From assembly GCF_000400465.1 (NCBI RefSeq), contig NW_008806300.1, positions 1 through 32,000 of the forward strand: a stretch of 32,000 bases of DNA, read 5' to 3'. This DNA comes from Wallemia ichthyophaga EXF-994 (Eukaryota; Fungi; Basidiomycota). Made by a program: the position numbers and the translations under genes. Of this stretch, positions 1 through 10,208 are shown one piece after another. Each line of letters starts with the position of its first letter. Within the stretch, counting starts at the first letter, position 1. The notes under the pieces are model-generated. The model was not told the origin of the DNA, did no database searches, and was given only the letters and a program-made list of their open reading frames with translations.

Positions 1-56
1 TATTATTTGGTATTTATTTATTTATTTAATATTGTGGGTATGTATTTATATTTACA

Positions 57-140
57 CGGAATAGGCAGGATTCGAACCTACCAAGATTAAAAAATCTAAA
101 CAGATAGCAACTGTTTTACCTTACCGATGGAGACTATTCC
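57..140 (-). tRNA. trnS: tRNA-Ser(GCU)
   Basis: Reverse complement folds as a cloverleaf: acceptor GGAATAG/CTATTCC, anticodon arm AACAG-TT GCT AT-CTGTT, long variable arm, TTCGAAT T-loop. Confidence 0.92.
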
Positions 141-228
141 TTAAATTTAATTATTTCCTTTAATAAAACAGTAATATATAATAAATAAATATAAAACAAT
201 TATATAAAAATCTAAAAAATACTATAAT

Positions 229-237
229 TATAGGTAA
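229..237 (+). promoter_or_regulatory. Putative mitochondrial promoter nonamer TAWAGGTAA (representative copy)
   Basis: Exact copies at +229, +10145, +12876, +16483, +16915, +17820, +27071, +27321 and -16885..16893, -29120..29128, -29732..29740. Each is intergenic and points at the next gene. Resembles the yeast ATATAAGTA promoter. Confidence 0.65.
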
Positions 238-311
238 TAAGTTAAATGATTATCTTTTATTAATAAGATATTCAATGGAAATTCGCAATTATTTTTATAA
301 TAAATATAAAT

Positions 312-1772
312 ATGATTTTAAGTCTAATTTTAATTCCTTTAGTTACATGTTTTTTTATTTCAGTTAATAATGAAAGTGGAACTAATAACAAATCTAATGT
401 ATTTAGTACTAATCCTTTTGTTCTAGCATTAGTAGGAACAGTAATCACATTTGTATTATCATTATACTTATTTGTACAATTTGATAATAGTCATGTAGGT
501 TATCAATTTGTTTCTCAAATTTTTGATACTAGTTTCTGTAGTTTTCATTTTGGTATTGACGGTTTAAGTCTTTATTTTGTATTATTAACTACATTTACTA
601 TGCCTATCTCTATTTTAGCATCATGGACTAATATTAAATTTAAAGCTAAATATTACCTAATTTTATTACTAATTTTAGAATCTTTATTAATTGCTGTTTT
701 CACAGTTAGTGATCTAATTTTATTCTATGTTTTCTTCGAATCAGTACTTATCCCATTATTCCTTATTGTAGGAATCTGGGGAGGTAATAACAGAATTAGA
801 GCATCATTCTTATTATTCTTATACACATTAGGAGGATCACTATTTATGTTATTATCAATTTTAACTATTAATAATAATTTTGGAACAACTGATTTTTCAT
901 ACTTAAGATTACATTCAATTAATTTAGATAGTCAATATATTCTATGGTTAGGTGTATTTATTGGTTTATATATTAAAACACCTTTAATCCCATTTGGACA
1001 TATTTGGTTACCTAGAGCTCACGGTGAAGCACCTGTTGCAGGAAGTATTATTCTTGCCGGATTAATTCTAAAACTTGCAACTTATGGTTATGTAAGAGTA
1101 TTAATTGATTTAATGCCAGAAGCAACAAGTTATTACCAACCTATGATTCAAATGTTAGCTTTAATTACAGTTATTTATGCATCATTCTCATGTATGAGAC
1201 AACAAGATAGTAAAAGTTTTATTGCTATGAGTTCAGTACAACACCAAGGTATTGTTATTTTAGGATTATTTAGTAATAATCTAATTGGTATTGAAGGTGC
1301 TATGTTATTATCAATTGCACATGGATTTGTATCCCCTGGATTATTCATGGTAGTAGGAGGAATTTTATATGATAGATTTCATACTCGTGTACTAAGATAC
1401 TACAGGGGACTTACTCTTTATATGCCAGTTACATCTGCCTTATTCTTTGTATTAACACTAGCAAACTGTGGAGTACCATTATCTCTAAATTGGTTAGGAG
1501 AATCATTATCATTAATGGGTATCTTTGGAAAATCAATGGTTGTAGGTACATTAGCAGCCTCGAGTGTTGTATTAGGAGCAGCATATAGTATCTGGTTATT
1601 CTCAAGAATGAGTTTCGGTACTTATAGTAAATACCTAAGCTATATGAAAGATATTAATAGAAGAGAATTTCACGTATTATTACCATTAATTACTATGACT
1701 CTTTTACTAGGAATTTACCCTAATGTTATTCTTGATAACTTACACGTAAGTGTTACAGGTCTATTATACTAA
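312..1772 (+). CDS. nad4: NADH dehydrogenase subunit 4
   Basis: 486-aa hydrophobic ORF with nad4 motifs FYVFFESVLIP, WLPRAHGEAP, GSIILAGLILKL, AHGFVS. Confidence 0.98.
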   Translation: MILSLILIPLVTCFFISVNNESGTNNKSNVFSTNPFVLALVGTVITFVLSLYLFVQFDNSHVGYQFVSQIFDTSFCSFHFGIDGLSLYFVLLTTFTMPISILASWTNIKFKAKYYLILLLILESLLIAVFTVSDLILFYVFFESVLIPLFLIVGIWGGNNRIRASFLLFLYTLGGSLFMLLSILTINNNFGTTDFSYLRLHSINLDSQYILWLGVFIGLYIKTPLIPFGHIWLPRAHGEAPVAGSIILAGLILKLATYGYVRVLIDLMPEATSYYQPMIQMLALITVIYASFSCMRQQDSKSFIAMSSVQHQGIVILGLFSNNLIGIEGAMLLSIAHGFVSPGLFMVVGGILYDRFHTRVLRYYRGLTLYMPVTSALFFVLTLANCGVPLSLNWLGESLSLMGIFGKSMVVGTLAASSVVLGAAYSIWLFSRMSFGTYSKYLSYMKDINRREFHVLLPLITMTLLLGIYPNVILDNLHVSVTGLLY

Positions 1773-1809
1773 TATAATAACTAATTAACCACTATTATAA
1801 AAATTTAAT

Positions 1810-1818
1810 ACCCCTCCC
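1810..1818 (+). terminator. C-box ACCCCTYC, putative mRNA 3'-end processing signal (representative copy)
   Basis: Also at 9997 (cob), 12799 (rns), 15191 (cox2), 16409 (nad1), 17785 (atp6, ACCCCTT), 27052 (nad3), 28368 (nad6), -29750..29757 (nad5), and inside introns at 5472, 6659, 8029, 14328. Confidence 0.7.
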
Positions 1819-1948
1819 TAATATAATCCAATAACATAACTCTAAAAATAATTTATTATTTCTATTTATAATAAAACTAATACTTTTTTATTCTTATATA
1901 ATAATATATCTAATATATCTAATATATCACTAATATTTTATATATTAT

Positions 1949-1960
1949 TCGTCCATACAT
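1949..1960 (+). promoter_or_regulatory. Dispersed (G)TCGTCYATACAT motif of unknown function (representative copy)
   Basis: Related copies at +1987, +10062, +12842, -16625..16637 and -28557..28569; the last two are identical 13-mers. Confidence 0.5.
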
Positions 1961-2280
1961 TTATTTTAACGTCAATATATACAATATCGTCCTAACATAA
2001 AATTTTATAAGTTAAAACAAACTTAGCATAATCTAATATTATATTAAAATATATATTATAAAGGTAGCTTAATTACGAATTTATTTTATTTTTTTTGAAT
2101 TTCATTTATTATTTTTATTTTTTACTTTTAGGTAATTTTTTTAATTTCTATATGTTATTATTTTTATAATAGCAATTTTTTACGTTGTCATTTAAGTTGT
2201 TGTTTTTACAGCAATAATAGTATAATATTTATCTATTAAATTAGATATCTATATACTATTAGCTATTTTTTATTAAATTT

Positions 2281-2435
2281 ATGCGTTTACTAAAATCACA
2301 TCCATTATTAAGTTTAGTGAATAGTTACGTTGTTGATTCTCCACAACCAGCTAACATTAGTTACATGTGGAATTTTGGATCACTATTAGCAACTTGTCTT
2401 GGTTTACAATTAGTAACAGGTATCATCCTAGCTAT
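2281..2435 (+). pseudogene. cob: Orphan duplicate of cob exon 1, followed by a truncated intron 1
   Basis: [36 protein letters not shown], identical to 4090-4244, but its intron is broken by the fold-back at 3206/3207. Confidence 0.9.
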
Positions 2436-4089
2436 AATTTAGTGTGTAGCTATAAAATATATTCAATAGCTAGATATATATATACAAAGTTTTTAATGGT
2501 ACAATTTTATATTGTTATAATCCGTAAAAATTTGTACAATTAGCTAAATGTGAAACATTTTCAGAGACTATACAATACAATAATATGATATAGTCCGATA
2601 TTATTATATATTTAATAATATAAGTTCACATTATAATAAGAGTGTAGTTTTAGACAATAGTATTCTTCAGTTATTAGTTTTATTTAGTAATTTCGTTCCT
2701 CTCTCATTATTAAATAAAAATTATACAACCAACTCATATAGTAAATCATTTGATGATAAAGGTTGGTTTTTACTGGTTTAACTGATGGCGAAGGATATTT
2801 TACAGCTGATATTAACAAGTCTAATACTACTAAATTAGGATAGGACTAAGATTTGGTTTACTAATGCATATTCGTGATATTGAATTACTACTTTCTTTTT
2901 CTGAATATTTAGGAAATATTGGTTATGTTAGAGCTGATCATAATAGAAACCAGGCAGTGTTTAATGTTAGTTCTATTCAAGAACTAGTAATGGTTATTAA
3001 CCATTTTAACAGATATCCATTAGTTACATCTAAATTTCTAGCTTTTTATACTTTTAAATTAATTCATAATATTATTATCACTAAGCAGCATCTAAGTGTA
3101 TCTGGTTTTGTTTTAGTATGTTCTTATATTAACATTTTAAATAAACCGTTATATCCAAAAAACTTGGTGAATTAACTAATGCTTTTGGTTGTTTATATGA
3201 TGTTGTACAACATCATATAAACAACCAAAAGCATTAGTTAATTCACCAAGTTTTTTGGATATAACGGTTTATTTAAAATGTTAATATAAGAACATACTAA
3301 AACAAAACCAGATACACTTAGATGCTGCTTAGTGATAATAATATTATGAATTAATTTAAAAGTATAAAAAGCTAGAAATTTAGATGTAACTAATGGATAT
3401 CTGTTAAAATGGTTAATAACCATTACTAGTTCTTGAATAGAACTAACATTAAACACTGCCTGGTTTCTATTATGATCAGCTCTAACATAACCAATATTTC
3501 CTAAATATTCAGAAAAAGAAAGTAGTAATTCAATATCACGAATATGCATTAGTAAACCAAATCTTAGTCCTATCCTAATTTAGTAGTAACTAATTAACCA
3601 CTATTATAAAAATTTAATACCCCTCCCTAATATAATCCAATAACATAACTCTAAAAATAATTTATTATTTCTATTTATAATAAAACTAATACTTTTTTAT
3701 TCTTATATAATAATATATCTAATATATCTAATATATCACTAATATTTTATATATTATTCGTCCATACATTTATTTTAACGTCAATATATACAATATCGTC
3801 CTAACATAAAATTTTATAAGTTAAAACAAACTTAGCATAATCTAATATTATATTAAAATATATATTATAAAGGTAGCTTAATTACGAATTTATTTTATTT
3901 TTTTTGAATTTCATTTATTATTTTTATTTTTTACTTTTAGGTAATTTTTTTAATTTCTATATGTTATTATTTTTATAATAGCAATTTTTTACGTTGTCAT
4001 TTAAGTTGTTGTTTTTACAGCAATAATAGTATAATATTTATCTATTAAATTAGATATCTATATACTATTAGCTATTTTTTATTAAATTT

Positions 4090-4244
4090 ATGCGTTTACT
4101 AAAATCACATCCATTATTAAGTTTAGTGAATAGTTACGTTGTTGATTCTCCACAACCAGCTAACATTAGTTACATGTGGAATTTTGGATCACTATTAGCA
4201 ACTTGTCTTGGTTTACAATTAGTAACAGGTATCATCCTAGCTAT
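4090..4244 (+). CDS. cob: Apocytochrome b exon 1
   Basis: Cob N-terminus ending CTA GCT AT; joins G CAC TAC at 5518 to give AMHY. Confidence 0.95.
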
Positions 4245-5517
4245 AATTTAGTGTGTAGCTATAAAATATATTCAATAGCTAGATATATATATACAAAGTT
4301 TTTAATGGTACAATTTTATATTGTTATAATCCGTAAAAATTTGTACAATTAGCTAAATGTGAAACATTTTCAGAGACTATACAATACAATAATATGATAT
4401 AGTCCGATATTATTATATATTTAATAATATAAGTTCACATTATAATAAGAGTGTAGTTTTAGACAATAGTATTCTTCAGTTATTAGTTTTATTTAGTAAT
4501 TTCGTTCCTCTCTCATTATTAAATAAAAATTATACAACCAACTCATATAGTAAATCATTTGATGATAAAGGTTGGTTTTTACTGGTTTAACTGATGGCGA
4601 AGGATATTTTACAGCTGATATTAACAAGTCTAATACTACTAAATTAGGATAGGACTAAGATTTGGTTTACTAATGCATATTCGTGATATTGAATTACTAC
4701 TTTCTTTTTCTGAATATTTAGGAAATATTGGTTATGTTAGAGCTGATCATAATAGAAACCAGGCAGTGTTTAATGTTAGTTCTATTCAAGAACTAGTAAT
4801 GGTTATTAACCATTTTAACAGATATCCATTAGTTACATCTAAATTTCTAGCTTTTTATACTTTTAAATTAATTCATAATATTATTATCACTAAGCAGCAT
4901 CTAAGTGTATCTGGTTTTGTTTTAGTATGTTCTTATATTAACATTTTAAATAAACCGTTATATCCAAAAAACTTGGTGAATTAACTAATGCTTTTGGTTG
5001 TTTATATGATGTTGTACAACATCATATATCTTAGGTAAAGTAAATCCATTCTGGCTTCTTTGTAGGTGAAGGTTGTCTTACTTTTCGTAAACAATATAGA
5101 CCTCGGGTGTTAATTATGATATTTGGTTGATGGCTGAAATTGGTCAATTAACTAAAGACTTATATGTTTTAGAAGCTATTCGTGACCTATTAGGATTTGG
5201 TAAAATTTACCATGAAAATAAACGTGGCTTATCTAAAATTAGATTTGATTCATCAGAATCATTAACATCTTTTATCCAGTTTTTACATGAATATCCTCTA
5301 ACAGGATTCAAACGTAAACAATTTGGATTAAAGCATTCAAATTAATTACGGAAATGCCTAAATCTGTTGAAAGAGAAGCATTACTTTTGGATATTCTGGG
5401 TCAATTGTCAGGTCTTACTAAGTCTTAAATTTTACTTAGAATTATTATTATTATCTTTATTAATTTTTAATACCCCTTACTTATCATTTATCCTATCTTA
5501 TTATAATAGAACTAATG
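4245..5517 (+). mobile_element. cob intron 1, group I (after cob nt 155)
   Basis: Exon ends in U, intron ends in G; P1 GTAGCT pairs exon AGCTAT; P10 TAGTGT pairs GCACTA; core TTCAGAGACTA and GATATAGTCC near the 5' end. Confidence 0.92.
4570..5428 (+). pseudogene. Degenerate two-motif LAGLIDADG endonuclease in cob intron 1
   Basis: Motifs FTGLTDGEGYF (about 4578) and SGFFVGEGCLTF (about 5050) lie in frames broken by several frameshifts and stops; start approximate. Confidence 0.85.
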
Positions 5518-5755
5518 GCACTACACACCTAACGTAGACTTAGCATTCATTAGTGTAGAGCATATTATGAGAGATGTTAACTACGGTTGGTTACTAAGAT
5601 ACATGCATGCTAATGGTGCTTCTTTCTTCTTCATTTTTGTATACTTACACATTGGAAGAGGATTATACTACGGATCATACAGAGCTCCTAGAACACTTGT
5701 ATGGAGTATTGGAGTAATTATCTTCATCCTTATGATGGCTACAGCCTTCTTGGGT
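5518..5755 (+). CDS. cob: Apocytochrome b exon 2
   Basis: [10 protein letters not shown]...[16 protein letters not shown]...MATAFLG; cumulative length 393 nt. Confidence 0.96.
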
Positions 5756-6615
5756 TTAACAAATATTAGCCCAACATGTCAATTAATGGTCATTACTATG
5801 GTATATTTAGTTCTGTTATCTAACTACTTTTCAAACACTAATATTACGGATTCTGGTTTGGTAAAACTATTAAATAATTTTAACTTAAAACCTGTAATTG
5901 TTATTGATAATCTACAGGAATTATCTACTAAAGTTATGGCACCTAAACTATTAAGAGACCTAGGTGGTATTTATTTAATTTATAATAAAATCACTGGTGA
6001 AAAATATGTCGGAAGTGCTATTGTAGGTAATTTATACAAAAGATTTTATAAACATTTATATGGTGGGCAAGGAAATAGACTAGTCAAAGAGGCTGTAGAT
6101 CAACATGGTCTATAAAACTTTGTATTCATGCAACTAAAATCAGTTGATGCTGATCCTCTTAGTGGAGAAACAGATAAACATTTCTTACTAGAAAATTATT
6201 TTTTAGAATTATTTAAACCGGAATATAATATTGCAACATTATCTCAAAATACATACGGATATCATCACACAGAAGAAACAAAACAAAAAATGCGTGATAA
6301 TTATTCTAATGAGAGAAGAGAACAAATTGGTTCATTAAACAGAGGTAAAAATTTATCTGATGAAACAAGAGAAAAAGTAAGACAAGCTGCTTAGGGCCTA
6401 TGTCTGAAGAACATAAACAAAAATCTATTTCAAATGAAAGACCTCTTTTAATTACTGATATTTCTGATACATCTTTCTCAAAAGCTATCTTTATGAGTAA
6501 CATTCTTGTTGCTGCTAATCATATTGGTTGCGATGATAAAACTATCAGAAGAGCTCTTAAAGCAAATGGTGTTGTTAAGAAACAGTGGTTAGTTAAGGAT
6601 TATTTACATTGTTAG
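5756..6615 (+). pseudogene. GIY-YIG endonuclease fused to cob exon 2, interrupted
   Basis: [19 protein letters not shown] and YNI/HTEETKQKM NUMOD-like repeats; in-frame TAA at 6113-6115 and a frameshift near 6392. Confidence 0.88.
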
Positions 6616-7001
6616 CTGTTTTTGGCATAGTCATAGTTTTTATTATATAAATTTCAAAACCCCTCTAAGCAACTTACACAAGAAAATTAGAGTGTATAAC
6701 TAAAAACTATTAATACTTACAAAGTATTGAATCGTTTACATATATTTACGATTTGGCGATACTAGTGAATACGGTTAAAGATAAAAGTTATTTATCCAGA
6801 CCGTCGGTTTTGTGTAAAATCGCTACAGACTGGGTCACTAGTAGGTGTCTGAAATGACGCTTAATGTACAGTCGAGTTTCCGCATATTATATATATATGT
6901 TCAAGGCCCAGAATGACGTTTATTTATGTTAATAGCATGATTTACTGACTGGGTACAACTACTACTAATAATAACTTAAAATATTGGTAGAAGGGAAATT
7001 G
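5756..7001 (+). mobile_element. cob intron 2, group ID-type (cob393 site)
   Basis: IGS GCCCAA pairs exon TTGGGT; core GCTACAGACTGG and ATGTACAGTCG; terminal G at 7001. Confidence 0.93.
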
Positions 7002-7104
7002 TATGTTCTTCCTTATGGGCAGATGTCTCTATGGGGTGCTACAGTAATTACTAACTTACTTAGTGCGATCCCTTGGCTAGGAAGCCCATTAGTAGAATTC
7101 GTTT
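7002..7104 (+). CDS. cob: Apocytochrome b exon 3
   Basis: [34 protein letters not shown]; the 3' boundary may be off by 1 nt. Confidence 0.92.
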
Positions 7105-8003
7105 CAAATTTTATTTACTTTGACTTATTTAGTTTTACTATTCTTTTATTTTCCTTAATTGGAACTCACAGACTTAAAAGAAAATTAGTAGATTCTAGAG
7201 TTAAAGAATTATTAAGTATTTCACCAAAATTCTTAGCATTATTTGCTGGATTTGTAGATGGTGATGGTTATATTGCTACTATCCAAAGACGTGGTTATGT
7301 AGAGTGTTATTTAGCTATCGAGGTAGGTATTGTTGATATGTCAACTTTAAACTATTTCAGAGAAGTTTTAGGTGTTGGTAAAGTTAAACATGTTCAAAGA
7401 GCTTCAAGAAATGATACTGCTTTGTACACTGTTAATTTAACTGATTTAATTAATACTATTGTTCCTCTATTTGTTTACCATCAGATTACTTTTTTAACTT
7501 CTACAAGACGTCATCAATATAACAGACTATTATATGTTATTGAAAATGGTATCAAAAATTACGATGATTTACCAGAAAATCCTCCTATTTCTCAATACTT
7601 ATTTCTTAATGAAATTGTTCCTTCAAACTATTTAGCTATTTCATTCTTTGATAGTTGGATTGTTGGGTTTATTATGGCAGATGGTAGTTTCAGTTACACA
7701 GAAAACATGAAATCAGCAAATTTCTCCATTAAACAAAGAACTCAACAAGGTTTATTGGAAGCTATTCTATTAAGATTAGGTTCTTCACGTAATTTAACTA
7801 TTATTCCGGAAATCGGTAATTGGCAAGAAAGACAATTACTTATGGTTTCATCAATTACAGATATTCAGGCTGTTATTAATTTCTTTTCATTCTCGGACGT
7901 TCACCCTCTTATTGGAGACAAAGCCGAATCTTACAAAAGATGGCTGATTGCTCTAAGGGATAGTAGTCGTTATGGAAGTTTAAATTTCCCACCTATTGAC
8001 TAA
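7105..8003 (+). CDS. Intact two-motif LAGLIDADG endonuclease/maturase in frame with cob exon 3
   Basis: FAGFVDGDG and [10 protein letters not shown] motifs, uninterrupted to TAA at 8003. Confidence 0.92.
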
Positions 8004-8222
8004 TTTTTATAACCTTATAATACCTTATACCCCTCCCGGAACGAATTATAAACTATTATATGCTAGAAATAAATTATGAATTATATAGTACATTAAGATG
8101 TAATAATCTATATAAAATTATAACTAGCAAATTTATTATAAATTTCAAAGAATATACATGTTTTCATTTAAAATGAATGAGATATTCTATTCTTGCATTA
8201 TATTATAACTTGCAAGACAATG
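7105..8222 (+). mobile_element. cob intron 3, group I (after about cob nt 496)
   Basis: Splicing GTT T to GG GGA GGC restores VWGGF; core TATGCTAG, CTAGCA, CAAAGAATA and GATATTCT lie after the ORF. Confidence 0.85.
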
Positions 8223-8482
8223 GGGGAGGCTTTAGTGTTAATAATGCTACTCTAAATAGATTCTTCAGTCTTCACTACTTATTACCATTTGTATTAGCCG
8301 CATTAGCAATTATGCATATGATGGCATTACATACACACGGTTCATCAAACCCAACAGGTGTAAGTGCTAACAGTGACAGATTAGCAATGCACCCATACTT
8401 CACGTTCAAAGACTTAGTGACTATTTTTCTATTCTTCTTAGTATTCTCACTATTTGTATTCTACGCACCTAATAAACTAGGT
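8223..8482 (+). CDS. cob: Apocytochrome b exon 4
   Basis: [22 protein letters not shown]...APNKLG; cumulative length 756 nt. Confidence 0.95.
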
Positions 8483-9355
8483 TTTATCGGCCTAAATAAC
8501 AATAATGTTATTGATATCAATTTTACTAAAATTATGGAACTAGTATTACTACTCTTAGTTTTTACTAAACCATATGGAATTCCCAATTCCTCAGAGACTT
8601 TACTTAAAAGTACTTCTTTAATTTCTAAAGATCCATATCCTGATAGTAGTCAATTTTATTTTTGGCTAGCTGGTTTAATTGATGGTGATGGTTATTTAGG
8701 TGTATATAGTAATGGAACACCATCAGGTGAGATCACCCTTGGTGAACATGATTTATCTACTTTAGAATATATTAGAAACAAAATCGGTGGAAATCTTGGT
8801 AAACGTACAGGTAAAAGAGCCTGGCGTTGGAGATCTTCAGCTAAAAGAGTATTATTACCCTTGGTTCAAAATCTAAACGGTAAACTACTTTTAAGTTCTA
8901 AACATGATCAATTAATCACTTTATTCTCACACTTTAATCTTCCAAATCCTATTACAAATAATTTATTGTCTTCTAACACAGCTTGGTTATCAGGATTTTT
9001 TGATGCTGAAGGATACCTATCTATTAGAAATATCAGTACTTTAACCTTAAGTATTGGTCAAAAAGATAGAAATATTCTTCAAAATATTGTCGATGTGTTC
9101 AAAGTAGGTACTATCTACCATGACATTTCAAGTGATACTTATAATTATGTAATTACAGACTAAAATAGCCTGTTGGTGCTAATTAATTATTTTGACAAAT
9201 ATCCATTATTAACTTCTAAATCATCGGATCTAGAAATGATCAAGAAACTTGCACTAATGAAAGTTAATAAAGAGCACTTACAAAAACACCCTTGCCATGA
9301 TTATTTTTATCAATTAGTGCAGGAATTCAAAGACAGGAACAAAACAAAGTCCTAA
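8483..9355 (+). pseudogene. LAGLIDADG maturase/endonuclease with a single in-frame TAA
   Basis: [10 protein letters not shown] and [10 protein letters not shown] motifs; TAA at 9161-9163, then the same frame continues to 9355. Confidence 0.85.
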
Positions 9356-9385
9356 ATCAAAATAAATAATTATTTTGATTTACAG
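8483..9385 (+). mobile_element. cob intron 4, group I (after cob nt 756)
   Basis: IGS GCCTA pairs exon TAGGT; P7 CAGAGACTT (about 8592) with AAGTCC (about 9347); terminal G at 9385. Confidence 0.9.
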
Positions 9386-9449
9386 CACCCTGACAACTAC
9401 ATCCCAGCTAACCCTATGAGTACACCAGCATCAATTGTACCTGAATGGT
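9386..9449 (+). CDS. cob: Apocytochrome b exon 5
   Basis: [21 protein letters not shown]. Confidence 0.96.
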
Positions 9450-9634
9450 AAATCTAACGTAATAAAAAATTTATGTGCCATTCTAAAACTAAAATATATG
9501 CTAGAACTGTTAAATGTTTTGTACTAATAATATGTAAGAATCAAAACTATAGAGCAGTATCAGCAAATTTATCAATTTCAGAGACTATAATAAAATTTAG
9601 TCCTTTATAAACTTATTTAAAGTTTAATATTTTG
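9450..9634 (+). mobile_element. cob intron 5, 185-nt ORF-less group I intron
   Basis: P1 GCCATTC (9477-9483) pairs exon GAATGGT with U.G at the splice site; TTCAGAGACTA and TTTAGTCC core; terminal G. Confidence 0.93.
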
Positions 9635-9969
9635 ACCTATTACCATTCTATGCTATTCTAAGATCTATCCCGAACAAATTGTTAGGAGTGCTAGCAATGT
9701 TTGGTTCTCTGCTAATCTTATTGGCAATGCCTATTTTAGATACTTCTAGAGTTAGAGGTGCTCAGTTTAGACCATTCATGAGAATTGCTTTCTGGTTATT
9801 TGTAGCTAACCTACTTATCTTGGGATTCATCGGGGGAGAACACCCTGAAGACCCATACATCGGAGTAGGAGCTGCAAGTACAGCCTTTTATTTCGGATGG
9901 TTCTTATTCATCGTGCCTGCGATTGGTGTGTTAGAAAACACATTAGCTGATCTAGGAAGTAACAAATAA
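9635..9969 (+). CDS. cob: Apocytochrome b exon 6
   Basis: [19 protein letters not shown]...; the spliced CDS is 1155 nt (384 aa), in frame. Confidence 0.96.
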
Positions 9970-10208
9970 TATTTATAACCCTTTAAAACTTTTAATACCC
10001 CTCCCTGAATTATAATTATAAATTATAAAATTAAACCAATAATTACATATTTTTTTTAATGGTCATCCATACATTATATAATTAAGTAATAAAAAAATTA
10101 GTAAAAAAGTGTATATTTATGAAATAATATAAATTATCAAAAAATATAGGTAATATTGAAGAGTAATTTATTTACTTAAGAAGATTATTAAGGATATTAA
10201 TAATTGAG

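Larger units (their letters stand above)
1778..5028. repeat. Duplication-inversion-duplication: 1778-3219 repeated at 3587-5028 (offset 1809) with inverted arm 3207-3588
   Basis: Direct sequence comparison; 2825-3206 and 3207-3588 form a 764-bp palindrome. Confidence 0.95.

Noticed and set aside
2864-4984. Three identical 103-aa ORFs as a novel small protein
   Set aside because: They are one fragment of the decayed intron 1 LAGLIDADG gene, copied by the fold-back
6984-8222. ORF-track starts at 6984 and 8177 as true start codons
   Set aside because: Both lie in intron 3' tails; the real frames are entered by splicing at 7002 and 8223
6113-9163. Programmed read-through or a TAA code change in intron ORFs
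   Set aside because: TAA ends most core genes here, and the GIY-YIG ORF also has a frameshift; ordinary decay explains it better
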